64,000 bases of DNA from Novakomyces olei (lineage: Eukaryota): contig JADEYG010000012.1 in NCBI GenBank assembly GCA_016906335.1, forward strand, positions 248,001 to 312,000, in the 5' to 3' direction. The position numbers were made by a program, and so were the translations under genes. Numbering within the stretch: position 1 is the first letter of the stretch; every line of letters starts with the position of its first letter. Positions 37,389 to 49,763 of the stretch are shown here, one piece after another. Below the pieces are notes generated by a model. That model saw nothing but the letters and a program-made list of their open reading frames with translations. It did not search any database and was not told where the DNA came from.

Positions 37389-39188
37389 TTAGACCTTTTT
37401 CCGCTTCGCTATAGGCGTCCCAGCATCATTCATTGAATCTCCATCAAACGAATCATTCGTCAGCCATTCAAACCCACGAAACATGGCCATTGACTCCTCC
37501 GTATGCTCAAATAATTCGTATGCCCATTGAGCAACTGCACTTCCTTCATGATTGTACATAATAGCATTTGCGAATACACGTAAAACCTCCCTATAAAACT
37601 CGGTCGTGGTAGCAATTTCCCCTGTTCGCACTTGATTTCGAAGAGTACGGAAATCTTGTGGGAATCTTACCAGCTGATCGTAATCGGGAGCATCACGTTT
37701 CGCTATAGGATGGGCAAATACATTGCCGTACCTATGCTGACTGATATTTTGCAAGGCAGGCAGAACCATTGCGGCAAATTTTTTATTTTGTTGTTGCTGT
37801 TGTTGCTGTAATTGCTGCTGCTGAGTCGGGGTCGCCTCTGACTCCAAATCTGCCGCTGGAGACGACTGAATCTCTTCATTTTCTGTGGTATTCGGAGCCG
37901 ATTCTTGCTCTGCTAACTGCGCTTCATCAGGCTCTGCCATTGCCGTAAAAGACTCTTTTCCGGCTTCTTTCGGTTTGTTTGATTCTTGATCTCCGAGTTC
38001 TGTTTTCTTCTTGGCCGGCTCAGCTGACTTTTGCTGCGGAATCGATACTTTGACCCGATCTGTCGGTGGCTTATCGGCAGAAATTGCCGACTCTTGACGA
38101 GACGGGACTTGCTCAGAGTCATTTCCTGCTTCTTTAGCGGCCTCTTTAGCGGCCTTGGGCTCATTCTTTTTCTCAACCTTCTTTTCTGTCGTTTTGGAGG
38201 TCTCTTTACTGACGTCTTTCAAGTTCGCCTTTTCATTCACAATTTCATTCGCCTTCTCTGCTGCTGAATCGGGTGGGCTTTCAGCTCCAGGCTCTGCGAG
38301 AGCCCGTGCTTTAGTCTCTGCTTTTGCTGGCTTTGATGCAGGTTTTGCCCCAGCCTTTGCTTTGGGCACGGGCGCCAAAGACGCTGGCTCTGTCTTTATC
38401 TTGGAATCTTGAATTGACTCAGGCTCGGGTTCTGGCGAAGGCGAAGGCGAGTCTTGAGAAGGCTGTGTATTCGTCTCGGACGTATGATCTCCGTCGTCCA
38501 GGGGAGCAGTATTATGTGCCATTGATGAATCATTCACACCTCTCCCAACGCTACCTGGTCCCTTTTTCTCAGAGTCATCACCGTTCCTCACTTTATGCTC
38601 TCCCGTAAAAGATTCTCTGTGCTTTTCCGGCACCACACTGCCCAGCTTTGCCTTTTCCAGATCGCGAACAGCGAACCGAAACCGATCCTCATAAGTCCGT
38701 ATAGCCTTCACGAGAGACTCCCTATATTGCTTGTACAGCTCGTCACATAGACGCAATAGCGAGTCGGCTGTTGGCACATTAGGCGGTTTGCATATGGAAC
38801 AACTTACACTGAACATTTTGATCGGCGCTTTCCCTTAGACTCTGTTAGCAAAATGGTCATAGTCCGAATCAGAAAAATCGAGGGAAAAAGCTGTAATAAA
38901 GTAGGTGACGCATTGAAAAGCAGTTGAAACTTTGCGGCAAGCTTACTCGTATTCCAAATTATGCAGAGTCAATAGACGCTTGTACCTCTCGGCACAAGCA
39001 TCCGCAGTCGGCACTGTTGGAGATTTCGTATCACCATTTGCCGCCGCGATTAATGGGTGCACAGCTATACGCTCTGCCACTGTTCCAAGCGCATTTGCGC
39101 CGTGCCGATGAATGAGCTGTGCTAAGAGCAAATCTTCCAGCTCGCCCCACTGCATTTTGCGATGCAAAGTTGAGCTTGCGTTCGCCAT
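37389..39188 (-). CDS. Bromodomain protein, BRD8/Bdc1-like (NuA4-associated)
   Basis: N-terminal WGELEDLLLAQLIHRHG...CAERYKRLL (SANT/Myb-like), a low-complexity linker, and a C-terminal bromodomain FAHPIAKRDAPDYDQLVRFPQD...VFANAIMYN. Confidence 0.8.
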
Positions 39189-39236
39189 AATAAATAAATA
39201 TTATAATTGGAGCTATTTGCCTAGCAGCGCCTATGT

Positions 39237-39294
39237 TTAGGGTTAGGGTTAGTTGAATTAAAAGTTGGAGTGGAATACTAAAGGGTTAGGGTTA
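39237..39294 (+). promoter_or_regulatory. TTAGGG (telobox-like) repeats in the bromodomain-gene/pol5 divergent promoter
   Basis: TTAGGGTTAGGGTTAG at 39237-39252 and AGGGTTAGGGTTA at 39282-39294. Confidence 0.5.
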
Positions 39295-39421
39295 TATACA
39301 CAGTTAAGGTACAATTTTGTCTAATTATGTATTCAGCTTAAATACGTACCTATTAGTTTGCTGTGCATTATTTTTTTTTTTGGGTCAAACAATCAAAGGC
39401 GACTGAGCAGCATTTTGCGCA

Positions 39422-42400
39422 ATGGCGCCGCTGCTTGACAGCTTCTACAAGTTGTCTTCTAAAGATTTACTTGTTCGCCAAGAAGGAACGCTTGAGCTCG
39501 TGGCAGCGTTGCACAATGCGGATGAAGGGGAAAGAACATACGCACTTGAACGTTTAAGCAAAGGTTTGACAAGTGGCCGACAGGATAGCAGAGTTGGATT
39601 TTCAGTGGCTCTTTGCGAGGTAAGTGTAGAGCAACGATTGATTTTGAGTGCTTTTTAAAAATTCCGAGCGTTGTCTGGGTTCATTTGCATTTACGTCACA
39701 ATCATTCCAAATTTTCTGGATATTTTTTATTCTCTTTCTTTAGCTTCTATTTTACATTCGCTGTTTCAATCGAATCTTTGTATTTTTTTTTGTTTATTTC
39801 CAATTTGTTTTATATTTTAAACTTAACTGCCCTTTCGTGTTTGCTTATACTAGTTACTCTCTCATCGACCAAAACTGGGGAGATACGCACTGGATCTTAT
39901 CGTGAAAAATACGCAGCCTGAGACCAAAGCTTCTGGGCAAGAAATTCGAGACTGCAATTTTGGACGGCTGTTTGGGTTGCAGGCAGTAGTTCAGTCGCAA
40001 TTTCTAACGCATATTAAAGACCCTGAAGAGCAATCAAGCTTGGTTGGTAGAGTGATTGATATAGTCTTGGAGCTCGCGGAAACTAAGGGTTGGATGAGGG
40101 AAACCTGCGGTCATGTAATGATTGCGTTAGTTAATTCAATCCAGCCTATAAATTTTCAGCTTCGACGGGTTTATGAGGAGAAGCTATTGAATAGTGCAAT
40201 AGTGGCGCGGACACCGGAGGGTATTGCATATTATATTATTCTTACTGCACAGAATTGCCATAGCAACGTATGGAAACGGCATCCGCTTGATAAAGCCAAC
40301 TTGAACCAGACGCAAAAAATCATGAAGGAAGTAGCCCAAGATCAAAATTCAAAAGATGAGCCAGCTGGGAACGCTCTTAATGCTGGGTGGAAACCGAAAC
40401 TACACTTTTCGTGGGAGTTACTGCTTTCACAATATCTACTGGAAAACAAGCAGGTATCTGAGAATTCAGGAATAGCTTCGTTTGAGGCTTTTTGGCTTGT
40501 TCTAGTCGATGAAGGCTTATTTTCAGCTACGTGCTCTCTCGAACGGAAGTTTTGTGGATTTCGTATTGCAGAACGTGCTATTAATTTACTCGGCGCCGTT
40601 TGTATTCCCACTGTCCTCTCTCAGCACTTTATGCGGACTTTAATTAATCATTTGGCCGATAACGACCGGTATCTTCACCGAGCCAGCAAGAAATGGGTAC
40701 GCGCCTGGCCAGAATTATTGTTAAACACATGACTATTAAACATTTTTTCTTTATTATTATCATATATATGTATTAGTATATGCATAGTTTTGCTACATCT
40801 ATGTTTTCACTATATTCTTATATCCATATTTATTTTTCGGTTTTTATTTTTAATTCTAAAAGTTTTGTCACTCACGTGTTCTAATTTTACAGGTTTCGGC
40901 TCTTTTTAGCTTTGCCCAGAATAATCAAGCATACGTCTTGCCCATAATTAAAGTGCTTTTATCAGGCAAGGATGGCAGTCTTTTCTTTGACAGGATAACA
41001 AAGACTAAAACAGTGGAACAATTAATCACCACAGCGGTCAAAGATGACGGAGAGGGCCACGATGAACTTGTCTCGTTTCTTAAAGAGCTTTTCTTTCATC
41101 CTAAACCTCAGAATAAAGCCGAAGATGACGCAGAAAAACGTGACCGGTCGATTCATTCTGCTCGAATGTACACTATCGAACTCCTTCTCACTTATGTCAA
41201 ACATAAAAGGTCGATACTTACTGAGAAACAAATTGCGTCCGTCCTCGATGTTCTTGCTACTTATGGGTTTTTACGCATGAAAAAGGTATATCTTAAAACA
41301 AACCAAAAAAAAAAAAAATATTCTGCACGATATTTAGAAATTAGGGTTATTAATTATTTCCATATATAAAACCCTTTTTCGCCTTGTTCTGATTATTTTT
41401 CCTTTCTTCATTTACATGTATCCTCATTTGATATTTTCTCCTTTTAATTAGTTTGCGGAATATGCTGACCGGAGAAGAAAGCTGTTGAGAGCACAACAGC
41501 CCAATCACTTCGTACCCGCTTACTTTCTTTCTTATCAACACTCAGTCCCTCGTCTAGAACGGCTTCAGAAAACGACTGTGACTATGCTGCTGTTTGTGTA
41601 AACATAATTTTAACAGCTCGTGACAAATTTCAAACGGACTATGCTCTGGACCTGTCTAAACTGGCACTGGAGCAATTAGGTTATGCAGCAAAATTGCTCA
41701 AGAAACTGCGTAAAAAAAGACAAAAATCCGGGTCTGCTCAACTTGTGGCCTTTGAATCGTTGATTTCACTCATTTTTCTCAGTGTGGCCAATGGCGATGA
41801 AGAAGCGGTGTCCGCAATTCCCGAGTTAGGTGATTGTTACACGCGGCTTTTCAAGAAAAGGTTAGAAAAAACGGAAAAAACAAAAGGACTAGACGCGGAA
41901 GTCGAAGAAGACGAAGAAAATTTGGCCAATGGCAATGAACAAGCGGGAAAAGCTGTTGACATTGCGGAAACAATGACAGATATGCTTTTGTCCTTGCTTT
42001 CTAGGCCAAGTGCGGCCTTGAGGAAATCGGTAGAACTCGTTTTCGAGAGTTTTGCTCCCCGCCTCACTTTAGGCTCATTAGGCCTTTTGATTAATGTCGT
42101 GCAAACGCCCGACAACGATGTAGATAATAATATTTTCGAAAATGACGCAGAAATGGAAGAGGAAGAGGAGCAAGGGCAGTTTTTGGATCATTCAGAAGGA
42201 GAAAATGAACAAAAATCTTCGAATAAACGTAAAGCTGATTTCATTGAAGATGCAGAAGTGTCAGATAATGCTATGTCTGATGTTTCATGGGAATCGGAAG
42301 CCGAAGCCGAAGCCGAAGATCAAGAAACTGAAGCTGACAGAGCGCTTGATCGAGCTTTAGCTGGTGCATTGGAGCCGAAAAAAAGGAAACAAGATGAAGA

Positions 42401-43037
42401 AGAAAAAGAAGAAGAAACGGATGAAGATGAGATGGGTGATGAAGAAATGATGCTAATGGACAAGCACTTGTCGCATATATTCAAGCAGAGGAAAGAAGCT
42501 TCTTCCAAGAAAAAAGATGCTCGGAATATGAAGGAGCAGATAATAGCTTTTAAATCAAAGACGCTGGACGTCATTGATTTGTATGTAAAAGCACAGCCGA
42601 ACAATCCGATTGTATTGGAATTGACTCTGCCTCTGCTGCAAGCTTACACAAATTCAACCGCAAAGAGTATTCACGATAAACTCACAAATATAATTAAAAA
42701 CCGGATCTTTCGAGCGAATCCTTCCCTTCAAGAGACAGGACAAGAAATGGATTTCGATCATGTTTTAAACCTTATTAAAGGCATCCAGGATTTCGCTTCC
42801 GTTGCGCCCGTGAGCGTACCTCCCTCTTGTATTACTCAGTGCTCAACCCTTCTTGTGCGGGTAATAGCTTCTGGTGGGAATAAGAAAGTGCTTTCCTCGG
42901 CGTTGGACATTTACAAACATTCTTTTGTAGAGTTTTTGACTGACCCAAAAAGTCGACTGCAGCCAGCTCTTTTCTCGGAACTGGTTAATTGGGGCTCTCA
43001 ATGGCGCCGAACGAATGCCGCCAAAGGGAAAAAGTAG
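39422..43037 (+). CDS. pol5: DNA polymerase phi/MYBBP1A-family nucleolar protein Pol5, 4 exons
   Basis: YALERLSKGLTSGRQDSRVGFSVALCE, FGRLFGLQA, RTLINHLA, FDRITKTKTVEQL, an acidic tract with MDKHLSHIFKQRK, and FKSKTLD. Confidence 0.93.
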
Positions 43038-43289
43038 GGTTTAGAGTTTAGGATTTATAACTACATTGTTGTGAGATGAAAATTGTTATCCACAATGCCC
43101 ATTCATACAGTAAGCTTTTAAATTTAAGAGGAACACATTCAAATTGAGTTCAAGCATCGGCTATTTTAATAAACAATGTTAAAACATTTCACATTTGACT
43201 TCTTGCTGTACATTTCCAATCTTTAAATCTCTGCTAATGAAATGCTACAATGTCACGTTACAATGATTAGGGTTAAGGTATTTTCAAAA

Positions 43290-45294
43290 TTAATTTGTAA
43301 TCGCGTCTACTTCATAACCCAGTAAAACCTCTGTCGAGACTCCTTCCCATCCTCTATTTCCGCCCGCGGAAAGCATGTAACGACACTGAGAATCGGCAAC
43401 TGCCAATATTTAGATACAAGCTCAAAAGGCAACACTTACGTAAAGAAGATATGGTCCCACCGTGGTGACCGGGTATAATGTTGAAAGGAACTCTAGAAGT
43501 ATCTTCCAAATCCCAAATGCGGATATTATCAAAGCTGGCACTGCAGAATTGTTAGAAAAAAATAAATATAAAAACCTAATTAAGAAAAACTGTAATAGAT
43601 AACGAGAAAAAATTAAAAAAAAAATGAATGAATGAATGAATAAAGAATAAATAAATAAATAGTTATGGCGCACCAAACCAAGTGCCGATTATTAGGCATA
43701 GTTGCCAGTGCACTCACAGGGCCCGAAGGGGCAGGAAACCGTAGAATACGCGACGTTTCGAATCCTTTACGAACATCGAATTCTTCGACTATACAATTTT
43801 TCCGACCGGCGTAAATCTTATTACCGTCTGTTGACCAGCAAGCCTGTCATTAGCCAATGCTTGATTGTTGCTAATATTCCGGAATTTGAGAGCAAAAGTA
43901 ATGATATTCATAACATTTAATATACAAAAAATAAATAAATAAAATATGGACCAAATGCTAAAGCTAGCAAAAAAGCAACTTATTTTAAATTGATCAATAG
44001 CTTTCCTCTCTTTATTTTCCTTATTAAAAAAACAAAAATAATTAGCAATGATTAAAAAAAACTTATTCCACATACATCCATACACCAGGGCGGGCACGCA
44101 CTGGTCGAGGTAGCGTTAGCCACTGGCTCAGGTACCCTACTGTCAAAAACGGTCAACTGGCCGCTAATACACGACACGAGAAAAACAGATTCACCGCTAT
44201 TAACGCCCAATTTTTCTGGCTCTGAAGGCTCTTCATCATCCTCATCAAAAAGCGGGTCATAATCCTCTGATTCCGTTTTTTGCTGCTGGTTTTGTTGCGC
44301 AAGGGGGACAGTAGCATCTGCCCAATGATTGCGAAAAGCAATCCCGCTAATCTGAGAAGCAAAAACTTTGAAATCTCGTATTCTCCCGCCAGTATTCAAG
44401 TCCCAAAGCAGGGCTTGTCTATCCCACCCGCCGGAAATAAAAGACTGTTCATCTTTAGCGAGTGCCAGTGCGGAAGCAGACAGCGAATGGCCTTTAAAAG
44501 TGTGTAAAATATGACCTTCATCGTGCCGAAGAGTCTGTAATTGAATTTCTCCAGTATCAAGGCCGGCCAGGCTCCAAAGCCCCTGGCCTTGGGCAGCCAA
44601 AGAGTAGACTATGCATTCTGCGTCCCAGTAGGAAAGCGTCACTCCTGCCCGGGTGACTGAATCTACAAACGGGTGCCTTTGTGCTACAGTAAGGCCAACA
44701 CTTCCCGTAATTGAAGCGTAAAAGTCATACTTTCTAATGTACCCGTCATTGCCGCCAGTCAGAACCCAGCGCATAGAATCTGTGGCACACATACAATTTA
44801 TGGAAGTGCCTTGTGGTGCTGCCATGTAAGCAACAATGCTGAAATCTTTGGCTTGGCGTAATCGCTCACGCTCTTTTGCATCAGATTCATCGGCCTCTGT
44901 TTCACTCGTGGATTTGCCAAGTCCATTACTGTTTAGCAGCTGAAGGTTTGATTGTGGATCATTAGTCTTTTCAGTTTCGTCCTGTGATTGAGACAGATCC
45001 TGAGATTTATCGTCGTCTTCTTCACCGTCATCGTTTTCTTCATCGCCTTCATCATTGTCCTCGTCATTTTCGTCATCATTGTCCTCACTCTTTTGGTCAA
45101 CATCTTCCTCATCTTCCACTTCCTCGTCCTCGTTATCCTCTATATTTTCACTGTCGTCGCCTTGAGGCGGAATGGAACTTTCGTCGTCTTCTTCCTCCAC
45201 ATCGTCTTCGCCTTCATCCGGCATTACAGAGTCCATGTCTGGCGTTAGTATTTCCACTTGTCGCAAAGCAATTCCTACCTTGATTGCCGTTCAT
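43290..45294 (-). CDS. spt8: SAGA subunit Spt8 (acidic N-terminus plus WD40 repeats), multi-exon
   Basis: Acidic N-terminus, GGNDGYIRKYD, LTVAQRHPFVDSV, QTLRHDEG, CPPWCMD and C-terminal GNRGWEGVSTEVLLGYEV. Confidence 0.92.
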
Positions 45295-45317
45295 CTTGCG
45301 GCCGAATGCTTCATGGC

Positions 45318-45545
45318 TTAATATAATTAATATAATTAATATAATTAATATAATTAATATAATTAATATAATTAATATAATTAATATAATTAATATAATT
45401 AATATAATTAATATAATTAATATAATTAATATAATTAATATAATTAATATAATTAATATAATTAATATAATTAATATAATTAATATAATTAATATAATTA
45501 ATATAATTAATATAATTAATATAATTAATATAATTAATATAATTA
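45318..45545 (+). repeat. Microsatellite (TAATATAAT)n, about 25 copies, filling the spt8/lipase divergent promoter
   Basis: Read directly; explains the spurious ILI/INI ORFs. Confidence 0.97.
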
Positions 45546-45659
45546 TTATAATTAGATCTTGATGTAATCTATACCGACCCAAACTCAATTCTCACTGTCA
45601 CATGAAGCCTCTTCCTCTCCTGGGCCGTCTTAACTGGTAAAGTCTCCTTTGAATCGTCA

Positions 45660-47164
45660 ATGCAAAAACTAAACACGCGTAGGCGCGACTATGTCGCTTT
45701 GGCCGTCGGATTGGGTCTCGTTATATTGGAAACGGCCGCTCGATTTGCAGCAATATGCTTGCCTGGCAACTTGTACGATGCGCTTTACCGTCTTTCGCAG
45801 CACATCACGCTCTTTTTCCGGAAGCAGTCGATCCCTGCAAACTCGTATGAAAAAGCTCTTCATGATGCTCCCAATTTCCAGTCTCTGGCGGGTATAGCTG
45901 GGTACGATGCTCAGTTTCATGTAGTGCAAACGGCAGATGGGTACACGCTAGGAATCCACAGAATTTGTGCGCCAAGGACTGGATCTTCCGATGGAGACGC
46001 AAATGCAAATGGCGCTTTAAATGCGATAAGATACTACGCAAACGGATTTGGGCCAGATGAATCGGAATCGAGTGGAGGTATTAGTGCAAGCGGCGATGGC
46101 AATGGAGATTGCGATGCTCGTGCCAATCACGCGCCTAAACGGAGGCGAGTAGCCTACCTCCACCATGGACTAATGATGAACTCGGAGGTTTGGATCTGTA
46201 ATATTAAACGGGAGAATTGCCTTGCTTATCGTCTCGTTGACGAAGGCTATGACGTTTGGGTATGCAATTTAATAATATGCAATTATTTGCTTTTTTATTT
46301 TTGTACTTTCCTATTAACAATCAGTTTGGCAACAATCGTGGCAACAAGTATGGGCGCAAGCATCGATACTACTCACCCAGCTCACAAGAGTTTTGGAATT
46401 TTTCTATCGACGATTTTGCCACGGGTGATATTCCAGCCACGTTGGATTACATTAGGGAAATGACGGGCGAGCAAAAAATCAGCTATATCGGATTCAGCCA
46501 GGGGACAGCTCAGGCTTTCGCTTCTCTCAGCTTGGGAAACCATGTTGCCGCTAAAATTGATGTCTTTATCGCTCTTGCGCCAGCAATGTCCCCTAAAGGA
46601 CTACGAAGCGGGTTTGTTAATGCTTTAATAAAGTCCTCGCCTTCAGCACTTTACCTTCTTTTTGGTCGTAAATCGCTTCTTCCCTCAACTACATTTTGGG
46701 AGACGATTATGTACCCGCCCATGTTTGTGCGAATCCTTGATTTGAGCCTGTACTATCTGTTTGACTGGCGATGTGAGAATATGTCACTTACACAAAAGCT
46801 CGCCGCCTATGCTCACCTCTATTCGACAACTTCAGTAAAGTCTCTTGTTCATTGGTTCCAAATAATCCGGTCTGGCCGGTTTCAAATGTATGATGATGTC
46901 GTTTCACTTTCAATGTCTGTGACAAACTGGAACAAGCATTATGTACCGGTTTTGTTTCCTACTAGAAATATCAGTGTGCCTGTTAAATTAGTATATGGTG
47001 GAAGGGACAGTTTAGCTGACATAAATGCGTTATTGAGAGAATTGCCGCCCGCGACAGAAGTAACGTGTGTCGATCATTATGAGCATATTGATATGTTATG
47101 GGCTGATGACGTGGAAGTGTGCGTAATACCTCATGTTTTGGCTTATTTGAAGCAAGTGAAATAG
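45660..47164 (+). CDS. AB-hydrolase lipase / steryl-ester hydrolase (Tgl1-like), 2 exons
   Basis: HVVQTADGYTLGIHRI, YLHHGLMMNSEVW, GYDVW|FGNNRGNKY, nucleophile motif GFSQG, and YEHIDMLWA. Confidence 0.9.
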
Positions 47165-47685
47165 GGGTTTGGATACTTTTGATTTATTTAATTTAAATTT
47201 ATTCAATTTAAGTTTATTCAATTTATTTCTTTTTTCATTTCATTTGTTTGATTTATGACTTTGGGTGAAATTGATTTGGGGAAAGGTCCGGTATTGGACG
47301 GCGTAACCTGCGCTTTAATTGTTTGAAATCTATATTTTATTGGAAAAAGCAAGCAGGATATTGTATTCACTTGTACAATCCACATTGGGCTGCTCGTGAA
47401 GTATGTATTGTGGGACTTTTAATGATTTAAAAAGTTGCATCTGTTAGTGGACCAGTGGTGTAACATTATAATCTGAACGTTTTAATGAGAGCAACATTTA
47501 ACCGTAGAAAATACAAGGTTTAGATGGTAGATGTACGCGATGATACGAAGAATAATAAAACTGGTGCGCACAATGTTTTTCATATTACAAGAATGGGGTT
47601 AAACGCAGAAGGAGGGCGTACGAGATTGATCATAGCAAACAATTAAACACTAACAGGCAACAGATCAGACTCGAATATTATCGAG

Positions 47686-48054
47686 CTACTCATCGTCCTC
47701 GAGTCTCCCATATCCAGAGCTAGAGCCACCATTGCGACCAGCTTCTCTTGCAGGATGGTCACCTGGCTTGAAGCTGCCACTCGATGCATGACCTCCTTTG
47801 AAAAAAACATCGGCCTGAAAGTAGCTTTGGATCAATTATTTGATGAGTAGACGAAAAGAAAAAATGATAACTAATTATTTAGTCATAATTGGCGAGACTA
47901 TTTAACTCGATTAACAATCCTCTTACCTGAACATCCCGATCAAAGCTGGCAAACCTATGATTAGATCCTACAGTTTGACCACCTTTGCAGGCGATATCTT
48001 CAACCTCGTCGCGAGAAGGTTAGCGAAATTTCCAGGGTTCGTGTTTGTCGACAT
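47686..48054 (-). pseudogene. con-10-like KGG-repeat stress protein gene with a 1-nt frameshift
   Basis: MSTNTNPGNFANL/[shift]RDEVEDIACKGGQ...FASFDRDVQ, then intron 47815-47926, then ADVFFKGGHASSGSFKPGDHPAREAGRNGG...EDDE*. This is colinear with Neurospora CON-10 as recalled. Exon 1 is 128 nt, one base short of staying in frame. Confidence 0.85.
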
Positions 48055-49204
48055 AATGGCTCTCAAGTATTGATTGATTTTGCCTTTTATTGCAATTCAA
48101 GAGCAAAATTGATGTAGACATACGGCGAAAAAGATTGCGTGTTTATAGCAGAGCGCTCACGGGCCGATAGAACGTCGCATGCAGCCATTACCCAATCGCC
48201 TCATCAATTACCACCGAATGCTGTCATTTAACATCGTTTAAGGTGCCATATTGTGTGCTGTAGAGCACTTGTGAAAGCGTCATGATTGTATAGACAAATC
48301 AAGCGCCATTACTCCCCTTTCACCAACGTATTGTCTCGATAAAGTTGAGCCCTGCCTCGATATGTCGTTGGCAGTAATATTTGCGACTCGAAAGGATACT
48401 GGTTGCGTCATTACTCGACCCTACGTATTCCATAAAAGTGGAGCACATAATTTTGCAATAATATTGTAATGCAATTTGCTTGGCTGGATATAATATTTTG
48501 GTTAATAAATAAAATATAATAAACAGGAAAACTAGCCCTAGCGCGACCTAGAGCAATTTCACGCGGAGCCGGGATTACGGCGTACTACGTAAGACTGTTA
48601 TCGAGAAACGTTTATGGGCGATACGTAAAACTGGACGATGCGTAACATTAGTTTATTTTTCCAGTGCAAGTTTGTAGCGCAAGTCCTGTGTGCAGATGAC
48701 GGGCGAGCTTGACATGCCCTTTCCCTGCTCTCGATTCCTGTAATGCGTTTAAATATAAAATTGAACTGCTAAAAGTTCAGAATTGTAGCAATTTGGGTTT
48801 GCAAAAGACAGTATAGATCTCAGCTTTCCGGGAATAATGGAGACATTTTAGATATGGGAAAGGGATTTGTGTTTAAACGAACTTATTTCGGCTCTGCGAT
48901 ACCGATCAGATAAAAAGGTGGTGTCTTTCAAACCTTTTCACAGCATCAACGATTAGACAAGTTTAATTATGTTGGCAAATAGGTTTGGTCGTCTGATATA
49001 TAGGAGACACTTTAAAGATGCTTGCTTACAAAATATACTTTAGAAGAGACTTTATATAGAGATACTTTGAAGAGACCATTAGACTTGAAAGCTACATACA
49101 AAAGTTACTTTATACAAACGATTATTTTTACAAGAGATACTTGAAAGATAATTTCCATACACAGACATTTTATATACACGTTAGACACCAATTACTTTTT
49201 GTTT

Positions 49205-49395
49205 TCTGTATACTCTGTATACTCTTTATTCTCTGTATACTCTGTATTCTCTTTATTCTCTGTATACTCTGTATTCTCTGTATACTCTGTATTCCTATAC
49301 TTTATATACTCTGTTCTCGACATACTTTCTTTGTATACTCTGTATTCCTCTACTTTATTACTCTGTACTTTATACTCTGTATTCCTCTACTTTAT
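49205..49395 (+). repeat. Degenerate 9-nt tandem repeat (CTCTGTATA/CTCTGTATT/CTCTTTATT)
   Basis: Read directly; explains the spurious ILCILC ORFs. Confidence 0.85.
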
Positions 49396-49763
49396 TTAAT
49401 CCCTACCTCGTAATCGTTTTGTAATGTATGGATGGATGGCGTATATAACAGCAAAATAAAACGCCAATCAAGCAGCAAGATCCATACTGTATACATTCAT
49501 ACACACACCACCGCAGTCGAGCCAGAGAGGAAACGGCCTTGCGGTGGCGAATTGGCGCACACGGCTTGGCGGCACTGCGAACGGGGTGTGCTGCTTTGAT
49601 CTGGTGCGGCTCTGCCGCCCGACTCTTCCTCGGCTCCAGTTCCCGCTGACAGCAGTCGCTCCTTTGATCAGTAATCGAGTAGGGAAACGGCCGACTTCTA
49701 CTGTAAAGTGCCACTACTCTATGTGTATGAACGAGTCTAACTTTAGGACTGTCTCTTTGGTCA

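Noticed and set aside
45214-45588. ILI/INI repeat ORFs (similar ones at 4589-4948, 28532-28786, 49141-49413, 52996-53338)
   Set aside because: Stop-free frames of microsatellites with no other coding signal.
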